37,489 bases of DNA, from IMG/VR virus record IMGVR_UViG_3300028805_000019, positions 1 through 37,489 of that record; one strand, written 5' to 3'. Source of the stretch: a virus. The position numbers and the translations under genes were made by a program. A model generated the notes under the pieces. The model made no database searches and had not been told where the DNA came from. It was given only the letters and a program-made list of their open reading frames with translations. Positions 1 to 8,202 of the stretch are shown here, piece after piece; within the stretch, counting starts at the first letter, position 1; the number at the start of each line of letters is the position of its first letter.

Positions 1-14
1 ATATCATATCTTTT

Positions 15-27
15 CCGTGAAATAGAC
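15..27 (-). promoter_or_regulatory. Conserved 13-mer GTCTATTTCACGG (wrap copy of 37377-37389)
   Basis: Same 13-mer as at 2330-2342 and 3593-3605, and a near copy at 9176-9188. Always on the minus strand upstream of structural genes. Confidence 0.5.
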
Positions 28-61
28 TTGCCGCCGAATTTGTTATTTAGGCCGATTTGAG

Positions 62-93
62 GGCCTTGAAGGCTTCCGGGGTATAATTTATCG
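62..93. repeat. 32-bp intergenic repeat (second copy at 9235-9266)
   Basis: ggccttgaaggcttccggggtataatttatcg versus ggccttgaagggcttttgggtataatttatcg. Contains the near-palindrome GCCTT-G-AAGGC. Confidence 0.7.
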
Positions 94-131
94 GGAAAAG
101 GTTTGAGGGCCGCAGAATCGAAAAGTATCAC

Positions 132-160
132 GGAAAAACCCGGCCTTGCGGGCCGGGTTG
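132..160 (-). terminator. Rho-independent terminator of the 650-182 cassette
   Basis: Minus strand reads AACCCGGCC-cgcaa-GGCCGGGTT followed by TTTTT. The stem is 9 bp and sits just after the stop at 182. Confidence 0.8.
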
Positions 161-181
161 CAGATTGGAAACGGGTGAGGG

Positions 182-466
182 TTATGCGAGAATCTTGTTA
201 AGCGCTTCGGCAACAAGCCGGGCGCGGGCCTGGTAGTGCCCCCGTTCATAGAGGTTGGCGTATATCTTCCGGGCGATTGTCCCGGCATCCACCGCCCCGG
301 CGCGAAGCAGGGCATATTGGTCTGCGATGTAGAAGCGGTAGTACAGGTGACGGATTTCTCCGGCCACATAGTTGATGTCCCAGCCAATCGGTTCGCCGCG
401 GAGAAGTTTCTGCTTGACGGCTTCACAAAGGATTTCGCGGGTCATTGTTTCCATTGAGAGTTTCAT
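182..466 (-). CDS. Hypothetical protein (94 aa), second gene of a moron-like cassette
   Basis: ATG start preceded by the conserved junction CCCTTTAATCTCATACCTT. Followed by a strong terminator. No recognisable motif. Confidence 0.6.
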   Translation of the reverse strand: MKLSMETMTREILCEAVKQKLLRGEPIGWDINYVAGEIRHLYYRFYIADQYALLRAGAVDAGTIARKIYANLYERGHYQARARLVAEALNKILA

Positions 467-485
467 AAGGTATGAGATTAAAGGG

Positions 486-650
486 TTATCGGATTGCGGT
501 AATGATTCGGGATTTCAGTTCAACAGCCTGTGCCGGAGAGAGGTGATTGGTGGCAGAGAGAACCGCGACCGCTATTCCGACGGGTGTGCAATCAAGAACC
601 ATCTTAACCCCCAAGTAGGTCAGTTTGTCAAAATTGATTTCGTGTTTCAT
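486..650 (-). CDS. Small hypothetical protein (54 aa), first gene of the moron-like cassette
   Basis: Below the ORF-track cutoff. Hand translation gives MKHEINFDKLTYLGVKMVLDCTPVGIAVAVLSATNHLSPAQAVELKSRIITAIR. It sits about 30 nt downstream of a consensus promoter. Confidence 0.5.
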   Translation of the reverse strand: MKHEINFDKLTYLGVKMVLDCTPVGIAVAVLSATNHLSPAQAVELKSRIITAIR

Positions 651-679
651 AAGGCGTTGTTTGTTTTTGTTTTCGTATG

Positions 680-710
680 CAAATATACAAACAATAATTG
701 AATATCCAAA
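680..710 (-). promoter_or_regulatory. Bacteroidota sigma-A type promoter (TTTG-N19-TATATTTG)
   Basis: Minus strand: TTTG at 710-707, a 19-nt spacer, TATATTTG at 687-680. The region 647-720 is homologous to 28358-28440. Confidence 0.7.
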
Positions 711-749
711 ACTTTTTCAAAAAAATGTGAAGATTTTTTTTCATATAAC

Positions 750-776
750 GGAAAGACCCCAGCCGAAGCCGGGGTC
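750..776 (-). terminator. Rho-independent terminator after the 798-1310 gene
   Basis: Minus strand GACCCCGGC-ttcg-GCTGGGGTC followed by TTTCCGTTAT. Confidence 0.65.
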
Positions 777-797
777 AATCGCATAGAAACGCAGCTT

Positions 798-1310
798 TTA
801 CAGGAGGTCGGAGATGATGGATTCCTGCACCTCGAACGGGAGTTCCGCGCTCTCGTCAATGAGGGTGACATCGTACCCGTTGCGGTCGGCGCGGGCCGTG
901 CCGGACAGGGCAGCACCATCGGACAGGCGAAGCGGGGCATCCTTGCCGAGATACCAGTACTTGCCGTTCATATCCTCCACGATGGCTACGAGGTCGGCCT
1001 GTGCCAGCGCGACAATCGCGGCCCGCTTGGCGGTCTCCATTCGGTTGAAGGCCATAACGAGGTCGGTCTGCACATAGTTGCTTGCGCCCGTGTCGGGCAC
1101 TTGGTATTTGGAGGAAATCGAACCCGTGTTCGGGCGGAAGTTATACTCCAGGAACTTCTTGCTGGCGGTCATCGTGATAGCCGTGATGATATTGTCGGTC
1201 ACGGCCACGGCGGTCACATCGTCGAAGTTGGCGAGAAGAACCCGCTTAATGCCTCCGAGGTTGGATTCGCAATCTTTCGGGATTGCGGAAAGGACTTGAC
1301 TACAAGACAT
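798..1310 (-). CDS. Putative major tail (tube) protein, 170 aa
   Basis: Start moved to the ATG at 1310 (MSCSQVL...). GGIKRVLLANFDD...DMNGKYWYLGKD...ADRNGYDVTL resembles siphovirus tail tube proteins. Called from memory only. Confidence 0.4.
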   Translation of the reverse strand: MSCSQVLSAIPKDCESNLGGIKRVLLANFDDVTAVAVTDNIITAITMTASKKFLEYNFRPNTGSISSKYQVPDTGASNYVQTDLVMAFNRMETAKRAAIVALAQADLVAIVEDMNGKYWYLGKDAPLRLSDGAALSGTARADRNGYDVTLIDESAELPFEVQESIISDLL

Positions 1311-1335
1311 ATCTATTAACTTTTTTGTGTTATCG

Positions 1336-1367
1336 AAGAAAAAGGGACGGGCGTTGCGGCCCGCCCC
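1336..1367 (-). terminator. Rho-independent terminator after the major capsid gene
   Basis: Minus strand GGGGCGGGC-cgcaac-GCCCGTCCC followed by TTTTTCTTCG. Confidence 0.75.
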
Positions 1368-1390
1368 TCTTGGTTTCGGTTTCGGTGTGC

Positions 1391-2302
1391 TTAAGCCGTA
1401 CCGAGGACGATCTGTGCCGGGAAGTAGTAGGCCACGCCGGAAGTCCATTTGACCTGCCACTTGAACAGGCGGTCATCCTGCGACCACCACAGGTCGACAT
1501 CCACCTCGTCACCATCCACATCGGTGAGGTAGGTGAGGTTGTCGGCGAACGTGCCCACGATAGCGTTGCTGCCAGCGAGGCCCGGGGTCTTGACCACCAC
1601 GACATCGCTGCCGGGGAACACGAAGGTCTCCGGGGCGGCATCGTTCGGGCCAGCATAGTGGTAGTAGTTCTTCGCCACCATTGCCTGGAGGAAGGCGCGG
1701 TAGTTGGCCGGGGAGATGAAAATCATACCGCCGCGGTCAAGGGTCTCATCCGGCATCGCCATATAGACATTCTGCACGGACTCATAGATGTCATTGCCAG
1801 CGGTGGCGGTGAGGACATCGGTGTCGCCCGCGAACTGCGCAAGGAAGCCGTTGAGCATTGCCATATTGCCCTGTCCGCTGGTGGTGTTGCCCTGCCAGAT
1901 GAGTTTTTCGATGACCTTGTTGACCTCGCGGCCCATCACGTCCATCAGATAGGCCTCATACGGGAGGTCGTTCTCGGTGGCGTTGATGCGGACAAGGTAC
2001 TCGGCGTACTTGCCCAGCAGGGTCTCGGGGCAGAGCTGGCCGTCGTGTTTGAGGGCCACGACATTGACAGTCTTCTGCGTGAGGGTAGCCTCGTCAAGCG
2101 GGTTGAAACCGCAGCCGGAGCCGGACTGAAGGACGAGGTTGAAGTCAAGGAAGGGAAGATGCTCGCCGGACTTGATGCCCGTGCGCAGACCGATGCGGCG
2201 GCGGGTGTCGGAACCTACCAGCGCAAAGTTCTTGATGATGAGGTCACGGCTCTCCTGCACATAGGCGGGGAGGGAGGTGACGAGGAAATTGGTAACTGCC
2301 AT
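1391..2302 (-). CDS. Major capsid protein (HK97-fold type), 303 aa
   Basis: Lies directly after the protease/scaffold gene. Size and motifs (KLIWQGNTTSG, FISPANY) are typical of HK97-like capsid proteins. Confidence 0.8.
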   Translation of the reverse strand: MAVTNFLVTSLPAYVQESRDLIIKNFALVGSDTRRRIGLRTGIKSGEHLPFLDFNLVLQSGSGCGFNPLDEATLTQKTVNVVALKHDGQLCPETLLGKYAEYLVRINATENDLPYEAYLMDVMGREVNKVIEKLIWQGNTTSGQGNMAMLNGFLAQFAGDTDVLTATAGNDIYESVQNVYMAMPDETLDRGGMIFISPANYRAFLQAMVAKNYYHYAGPNDAAPETFVFPGSDVVVVKTPGLAGSNAIVGTFADNLTYLTDVDGDEVDVDLWWSQDDRLFKWQVKWTSGVAYYFPAQIVLGTA

Positions 2303-2329
2303 ATCTTTTCAGTTTTTGAGTGATTTCTG

Positions 2330-2342
2330 CCGTGAAATAGAC
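2330..2342 (-). promoter_or_regulatory. Conserved 13-mer GTCTATTTCACGG upstream of the capsid gene
   Basis: Lies 28 nt upstream of the ATG at 2302. Confidence 0.5.
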
Positions 2343-2366
2343 TTGATTAAGCGAGTGTTAAAAAAC

Positions 2367-3581
2367 CTACTTGCTCATCAGTTCGGCCACGCGGTCAAGG
2401 CCCTTTGCCCCGGTCTTGCGGAAGGACTGCTCCTTCACTTCTTCGTGGGCGGGCTTGGCGGCGGGCTGGGCTTTCAGTTCGGTCACCTGTGCCCGGAGGG
2501 ATTCGACCTCGGCGGAAAGGGTCTCGGCTTCGGCCTGTGCCTGCTGGGTGGCTTCGACCCCGGCGTTGCGGACTTCTTCGAGGGCCGCTTCCAGTTCCGC
2601 AATCTTCGCAAGGGCTTCTTCGTACAGGGCCTTGTAATCGGGTTCGGCTTCCGGCTCTGCTTCAACATCGGCGGCTTCCTCGCCCTCGGGTGCAACCTCG
2701 GCTTCCGGGTCACGAATCTCCGCGACCTTGCCGTCCACGACCACGATGGTCTTGCCGTCCTCGGTCTTGTAGTCCCCGTCGGCGGCAGCTTCGCGGGTGT
2801 CATCCTCGGTGACGACCTCCACGGAATCACCTTCCTTCAAGTCCTCCTCGCCGGGCCATTCGATGATGCCCTTGTCGGTGGTTACACGGCCAAACTTCTG
2901 CTCGGCCTTCTGCTCCGCTTCCAGCCGGGTGCGGAGAAGTTCTAAAATGCGTTCAATCTTTGCCATAATCGTATTCTTGGTGTCTTTGTTTGCTGCTGAA
3001 AATTCCCCGGCCAGCCCGTCCACGATTTCGTCTATGTCCTGCTGGTTGGGTTCGGTGGCGAATCCGAAAACACCTTCAAGGGAGAAGCCTTGATAAGTGC
3101 CGTCCTTGATTGCGGCCCACACATCGTCATTGGTAACGTGGAACTCCGCGAACAGGGAGCCGTCCGCGATGTCGTCGAAGCCCTCGGGATTGATACCCTT
3201 GCTTGTGTCCTTGATAAAGAACTGCACCATCTCCACGCCGTCCACCTCGTTGCCGTCGTGCATCGTGTCCACGTTGTTCTGCCGGGATTCGGCAAGGTAC
3301 TTCTCTGCCATTTCCCGGATGGTGTCAGCCCGGTAGATGATATAATACTCGCCGCCCTTGTTATCCACTCGATAGATAGGGAAATCGGCCCGCATCACCA
3401 CGCCCCGGACAAGTCTCTGTTCCTCGTCCTGCACGGCGTACATTTGTACCTTCTTGAAGGTCTGCCAGCCGGAGAGAACCGCCGGGGCATCCACAAGGGA
3501 AATCCGAATCATCCCGCACTCCTCGTCGGAGAGCAGGGCTTCGTATACGGGGATTCCGTCAATAGTAGAGGTCTTTGCCAT
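2367..3581 (-). CDS. Prohead protease (XkdF-like) fused to an acidic coiled-coil scaffold-like C-terminus, 404 aa
   Basis: IRISLVDAPAV...MHDGNEVDG...GFSLEG resembles XkdF-type proteases. The C-terminal half is E/A-rich coiled coil. The ATG is at 3581; the track start at 3584 is TTG. Confidence 0.65.
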   Translation of the reverse strand: MAKTSTIDGIPVYEALLSDEECGMIRISLVDAPAVLSGWQTFKKVQMYAVQDEEQRLVRGVVMRADFPIYRVDNKGGEYYIIYRADTIREMAEKYLAESRQNNVDTMHDGNEVDGVEMVQFFIKDTSKGINPEGFDDIADGSLFAEFHVTNDDVWAAIKDGTYQGFSLEGVFGFATEPNQQDIDEIVDGLAGEFSAANKDTKNTIMAKIERILELLRTRLEAEQKAEQKFGRVTTDKGIIEWPGEEDLKEGDSVEVVTEDDTREAAADGDYKTEDGKTIVVVDGKVAEIRDPEAEVAPEGEEAADVEAEPEAEPDYKALYEEALAKIAELEAALEEVRNAGVEATQQAQAEAETLSAEVESLRAQVTELKAQPAAKPAHEEVKEQSFRKTGAKGLDRVAELMSK

Positions 3582-3592
3582 CAATTCACTTT

Positions 3593-3605
3593 CCGTGAAA
3601 TAGAC
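3593..3605 (-). promoter_or_regulatory. Conserved 13-mer GTCTATTTCACGG upstream of the protease/scaffold gene
   Basis: Exact copy, 12 nt upstream of the ATG at 3581. Confidence 0.5.
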
Positions 3606-3641
3606 AAAGACCCCTTTTTGTTAAAACGCCCCGTTTTTGCC

Positions 3642-3660
3642 GTCTAAAACTCCGTTTCCC
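3642..3660 (-). promoter_or_regulatory. Conserved motif GGGAAACGGAGTTTTAGAC (family AAATCGAGTTTTAGA)
   Basis: One of four copies; the others are at 9216-9234, 13066-13084 and 27217-27235. This copy overlaps the last codons and stop of the tape-measure gene. Confidence 0.45.
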
Positions 3661-5578
3661 GCACCTTAACGCGGTGGGCGGTATTGGCTATTTCAAGGTC
3701 GCTATAAACGAGGAATACGCGCTGATTTTGGTACAATCGTTCTTCCTCCCTTTGCCCGGTCACGTTTCTTACTTGGGCCACATAGGGGGAGAAGGCCGGG
3801 GCGGGCACGGCTGCGCTGGAGGAATCATTCCCTACCTTGACTGAGTTCATTTGCTTCACCTGTGCGTACCCGGCTGCGAGGACGGCGGCTGCGTTCATCG
3901 GGGCGAGGACTGCCTTAACCGAGAGGGGCAGTTCGGCCGCAGACCAGGTGGAGGTGAAGGCGGATACCGCTCCATTGATGGTAGAAAGGATGGCGCTCGC
4001 AATCTTGAACCCCTTTGCCTTCTTCGCGGCGGCTTCGTCCGCATCGGCATCGGCTTCGTAGATGTCGGCAATCGCCCCGGACAAATCCGATAGGGTGGAG
4101 GTGTAGCCCATAAACGAGGCGAGTCGTTCCTTTTGGATGCGCTGCCGCTCCGCTTCCGCTTTCCGCTCAATTTCAATCGCGGCCCATTGCGCTTCCTCAT
4201 ACTCACCAAGCAGGGCGGTCACATCTTCCGTGATGCTCTGGAACTCGGTTTCGATGTCTTTGGTGATTTCGTCCGTCCAGAGTTTGTAGTTGGATTCCCT
4301 GCTCTTGCGCTCCTTCTCGAAATCCGCCCAAGTTTTAAGGGTTTTCTTTGCTGCCTTCTCGGAGGTCTCTGACGCCGTGTTGACTTGTTTTGATAATTCG
4401 CTGACCGCGCTGCTCTCCTGCTGCGTGATGGCCCGCTGCCGTTGCGCCCGCTCCCTGTCAAGGTTGTTGAGTTTGACCTTTGCCGCCACTAACTTTTCAT
4501 TCGTGGCCGCATCGTTCTGCGTGAGGGCCGCCCGTTGCTCCTGCAAATCCAAATCCCGCTGGGCGAGTTCGTATTGCTTGTTGAACAATTCTTCCGACAG
4601 GCGTTGCGCTTCCTCGGCAGCCTTCTTTCGCTCTGCCGCCGTTTTGTTGGTTCTGTCTGCCGCATCCGCTTGCAGTTTAGCAATATCGGCCTGTACCCGC
4701 GATTCATAGACCTGCATTTCGCGCTGGTCAAGAATAAGCTGCTGCTCGGCGGCGGTAAGGGCTTGCATCGCATCGGCGGCATCCCCTTTCACAAGGCCCA
4801 GCCACCGGGCCGCCTTGCCCGCGCCCTCCACAATCTTGACCAGCCACCCCGCCATCGTTTGCAGGGCGTTAGTGGTTGCATTAAGGATGGGCTGAAACAC
4901 GGCGAGGGCCTTCTGCATCGCCATCGTGTTCTGTTCGGAGGATTTCAGCCCCTCCATTACCTTATTCAGCACATTAGCCAGCAGACCGAGGATTGCGATG
5001 GCGGGCGTTGCGGACAGGGCCTTTAGGCCCCCGGTCACCGCAGTAAGCGGGGAAATGATACCAGCCGCACTTCCTGCCGTTGCCTTAAATGCCCCGGACA
5101 AACCCTCAATCGCGCTCTTGTAGTTACCCACGTTGCGCTGGTAGTTGCCCTGCATTTCGTCAAGGGCTTTCAGCTTGGAGTTGACCGCATCAATCTGCCG
5201 AGCCTTGTTCTTAAAAGCCTCCGTCCCTTCGACGGTGCTGGTGTCAATCGCCCGAAGTTCCTCCTTATAGATAGCCATCGTGCGGACAAGGCCGTTATAC
5301 GATTGGTCTTGTCCCTTCGCGGCAGCGGCTACCTGCTCCATCGAAGTGGCCGTCCCGTGCATCGCATTACGCAGGGCGGCCTGGTTTTCCTCCAGCTCTT
5401 TGAGGGCTTGCTTATACTCATCCGTGCCGATTTTTAGGCCCTCAATCTTGACCTTATTCCCGTCAATGACTTCGGTATAACCCTCAATCTGCTTCTTTAG
5501 TTCCCGGATATTGTCTTTGAGGTCGGAAATGGAATCCGCGCCCTCGACGGCGAACCTCAAAATCTGTACATCTTCCAT
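3644..5578 (-). CDS. Tape measure-like protein, 644 aa
   Basis: Long coiled-coil sequence with two hydrophobic G/A-rich segments (AGIISPLTAVTGGLKALSATPAIAILGLLANVL and ASAILSTINGAVSAF...), as in tape measure proteins. Confidence 0.65.
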   Translation of the reverse strand: MEDVQILRFAVEGADSISDLKDNIRELKKQIEGYTEVIDGNKVKIEGLKIGTDEYKQALKELEENQAALRNAMHGTATSMEQVAAAAKGQDQSYNGLVRTMAIYKEELRAIDTSTVEGTEAFKNKARQIDAVNSKLKALDEMQGNYQRNVGNYKSAIEGLSGAFKATAGSAAGIISPLTAVTGGLKALSATPAIAILGLLANVLNKVMEGLKSSEQNTMAMQKALAVFQPILNATTNALQTMAGWLVKIVEGAGKAARWLGLVKGDAADAMQALTAAEQQLILDQREMQVYESRVQADIAKLQADAADRTNKTAAERKKAAEEAQRLSEELFNKQYELAQRDLDLQEQRAALTQNDAATNEKLVAAKVKLNNLDRERAQRQRAITQQESSAVSELSKQVNTASETSEKAAKKTLKTWADFEKERKSRESNYKLWTDEITKDIETEFQSITEDVTALLGEYEEAQWAAIEIERKAEAERQRIQKERLASFMGYTSTLSDLSGAIADIYEADADADEAAAKKAKGFKIASAILSTINGAVSAFTSTWSAAELPLSVKAVLAPMNAAAVLAAGYAQVKQMNSVKVGNDSSSAAVPAPAFSPYVAQVRNVTGQREEERLYQNQRVFLVYSDLEIANTAHRVKVRETEF

Positions 5579-8202
5579 TAGTATTGATTCTTGTAGTTAG
5601 CAATGTCACGAACCTGTACGAACTCGCACTCCGCAGGGTCGAAGGTGGTCAGCGAGTAGTTGGAGATTTTATTGAGCATCCAAAGGCTTCCCCGATACCA
5701 GTAGAACTTCCGCAATGCTTCCGGGCCGGGGCGGTCAATCCACGCCTTGCAGGTCATCACCTTCCCGTGAACGTTCAGCCTGTCCCGGATATACTGCTGC
5801 CACGCCTGTTCATAGATGGTATAACCCGCCGCGTATCGGATGCCCGTAATATCCACCTCCCGCGGGAATCCGAAGTCCAGTAGCAACTCCGGGTCTTGCC
5901 CCCGGTGGGTGTACCTTGTGAATTGGGGAATATCCAACCCGTACTCGTTGAAGGCCGCAATCCAGCACGGCCCGCCGTTCACGGCATCCATCACCGGGAG
6001 GTCATCGGACAATCCGAAGTGCGGGTAGTTCAAAGAGTAGTTGAAGAACAGAAGCACATCTGCCCCGTCTATCCCCTTGTTCTCGCCGTCCCGGAACTCG
6101 GCCCGGCTCATAAGGTCATACCCCGGATAAGTGGTGTTCAGCGGGTCAAGGCTCGCCCCGGCGGGAAGGACAATATCGGTGTCCAGATTCTCGCTTCCGT
6201 TCCATAGGGTATAAGTCCCGCCGTCAATGAACGGGGACGGATAGAAGTCGTTATTATCCAAGATGGAGTACCAATACTTGCCCCGGTCTTGCACCGCTGC
6301 GCAGGATTTCAGCACCAATCCCGCAAGAAGGTCTTTGACTTCCGCGTCGAAATCATAGCCCGTGTCCACTCGCTGGATGCCGTACTGCACCCCCTCGGTA
6401 TTGAGGTATTCTTCCTCGAATCTCCCCCCGACACTCTCCGTCTTGAACTCGTACCATTTGGAATCGAAGGCCACGGGATTGATAACAACAGAATCGGCAT
6501 CTATCCTGTCCGTCAAGTCCTCGGTTTCATTCACGAAGAAGGATTTGCGTTTGAGGATGGTGACTTGCTTGGTAGCACTATCCGCAAGGATATACAACCC
6601 GAAGGACTTACACAGGGCAAGCAGGTATTCTGCCGGAGTGCCGGAGGTCGAAAGGAGCATCCGTTTGGTGATATACGCGCCGCTCCGCAGGTTTTCGGTC
6701 GAAGTGCTGGTGGCGGTACAACTGCCCTCCGTTGCCGCCCAAGCATCGGGGTTGTAGGCATTCGCGGAATCATACCACAGGATAGTCCCGGAGCCGGTTC
6801 CGCCCGCGAACGAATAGACACCGCCACCCAAGAGAATATAGGCGCGGTATGCCGTGACCTCAATGTCAATCCGCGCAATGTTCACCCCGGTTATCTCGCA
6901 CTCCAAATCCCGCTGCCGGACATAGTAGCCATTATCCAGCGAGTAGGAATGGTCAACATCTGCAGAAGCGAAGCCCGCATTCCCTTTCGGGATGAACCCA
7001 AAGGCGCTTGCAAGGGTTTCGGCATCGGCCACATTCGCGCTCTTGTAGTACGCCTTGACCGGGCCAGCGGTTACCTGTGTGTTATCGCTTGCATATCCTA
7101 CCGCTTGCACGAACAGGACTTGCTGCTCAATCCCGGCTGGGACATACGACTGCGCCCGCTTCTCATCCCAAGACCGCAGGGGCGTTCTCGGCGATGCCCC
7201 CGGCACAGAATAACGCAGATTGCACCTGACCCGGGCAGTCACTTCCGCTCCGCTGGGGACATTCGCCAGCGCAAAACGCCCGATAACGTTCCCGGAGGAA
7301 TACTGCACGAAAGTCCCCGTGATGGATTCCGTCATTTGCTTATAAGTTCCCAAACTCGGCAGCAAAGGCCGGGTTATCCAAGTGTCAAGATACGGCACAT
7401 CGGCGAGGTCGGAGAGGTCAACATTCCACCCGCCGTTATTATTCCCGTCCGCGATGGCATCCAGCAGTTTCCGAACCGAGAGGACGGGCCGCTGGAGGTA
7501 GGAGCGGAGGTCTTTCGCCGCCCATTCGTCCACATCATCGGGATAATTAATCAAGCATACCCCGTTGTTGGTGGTATAGGTCTTGCCGTCTTTGGTTATT
7601 GAACTCTGCAGCCCAAAAACACTTGGTTCTGCCACGGCCTTATCAGTCGTGAAGTTCTCCGGCAATCCGTTATAGCATGGGGCGAAGTTGATGATGTCCC
7701 ACTTCTCCGGCTTGCTGGTATCTCCATCCAATCGCGCCCACGCATCCGCGACGGCTTCCTTGTTGATAACGAAGTCCAAGTCCACGCCGTAGTCCAAGTC
7801 CGCAAGGGTCATCTTCTCCCCGGACGGGGTGAAAGACAGATTGTAGATGAAATCCCCAAGCCCCCCGAACAGGGACACGGAGTAGGTGTCTTTCGTGACG
7901 GAGTTGAGTTTCAAATACCCGGCGTAGATTATCTCCCCGGAATCGGCATAGAGGGCGAAGGAGGTTCTTTGTGATGCGTTGAACTGCGCCCCCGTGCCGC
8001 CGCCCCCGGCCAGCCGGTCGGCCCGGAAGGAGTGCCCGAATATCCTGTCATTCGCCGGGGTCGCGGGGAGGTCTATGTCCTGCGTCCAAGAGTTCTTTAA
8101 GACCGCCGGATTGGTGAGGTCAGTAATGGCGTAGTTCAAGAGGACGAACCCATCCTCCGTCATATCCGCCTTCTGACCTCCGATGTAAAGTGTCAATCTC
8201 AT
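5578..8202 (-). CDS. Large tail/baseplate structural protein, 874 aa
   Basis: Long well-formed ORF joined to its neighbours by TAATG and ATGA overlaps, adjacent to the tape measure-like gene. No enzymatic motif seen. Confidence 0.55.
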   Translation of the reverse strand: MRLTLYIGGQKADMTEDGFVLLNYAITDLTNPAVLKNSWTQDIDLPATPANDRIFGHSFRADRLAGGGGTGAQFNASQRTSFALYADSGEIIYAGYLKLNSVTKDTYSVSLFGGLGDFIYNLSFTPSGEKMTLADLDYGVDLDFVINKEAVADAWARLDGDTSKPEKWDIINFAPCYNGLPENFTTDKAVAEPSVFGLQSSITKDGKTYTTNNGVCLINYPDDVDEWAAKDLRSYLQRPVLSVRKLLDAIADGNNNGGWNVDLSDLADVPYLDTWITRPLLPSLGTYKQMTESITGTFVQYSSGNVIGRFALANVPSGAEVTARVRCNLRYSVPGASPRTPLRSWDEKRAQSYVPAGIEQQVLFVQAVGYASDNTQVTAGPVKAYYKSANVADAETLASAFGFIPKGNAGFASADVDHSYSLDNGYYVRQRDLECEITGVNIARIDIEVTAYRAYILLGGGVYSFAGGTGSGTILWYDSANAYNPDAWAATEGSCTATSTSTENLRSGAYITKRMLLSTSGTPAEYLLALCKSFGLYILADSATKQVTILKRKSFFVNETEDLTDRIDADSVVINPVAFDSKWYEFKTESVGGRFEEEYLNTEGVQYGIQRVDTGYDFDAEVKDLLAGLVLKSCAAVQDRGKYWYSILDNNDFYPSPFIDGGTYTLWNGSENLDTDIVLPAGASLDPLNTTYPGYDLMSRAEFRDGENKGIDGADVLLFFNYSLNYPHFGLSDDLPVMDAVNGGPCWIAAFNEYGLDIPQFTRYTHRGQDPELLLDFGFPREVDITGIRYAAGYTIYEQAWQQYIRDRLNVHGKVMTCKAWIDRPGPEALRKFYWYRGSLWMLNKISNYSLTTFDPAECEFVQVRDIANYKNQY

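Larger units (their letters stand above)
1..127. repeat. Terminal direct repeat identical to 37363-37489 (circular closure overlap)
   Basis: Read directly: the first 127 nt equal the last 127 nt. The repeat contains the ATG of the 37070-37369 gene, so the contig closes into a 37,362-bp circle. Confidence 0.95.

Noticed and set aside
62-93. TTGAAG ... TATAAT on the plus strand as an E. coli-type sigma-70 promoter.
   Set aside because: The spacing between the hexamers is only about 10 nt. It would drive antisense transcription. The host-type promoters in this genome follow the TTTG/TAnnTTTG rule instead.
1-127. Terminal repeat as a biological direct terminal repeat or LTR.
   Set aside because: The exact 127-nt length and its position through a start codon fit an assembly overlap of a circular sequence better. 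Physical ends cannot be inferred from sequence alone.
6289-7602. Long plus-strand ORF (437 aa). Similar ones at 1283-2323, 8190-9221, 2277-2945 and 36349-37140.
   Set aside because: All are antisense to well-supported minus-strand structural genes. Their translations are R/G/P-rich and low-complexity. Such shadow ORFs are expected in GC-rich coding DNA.
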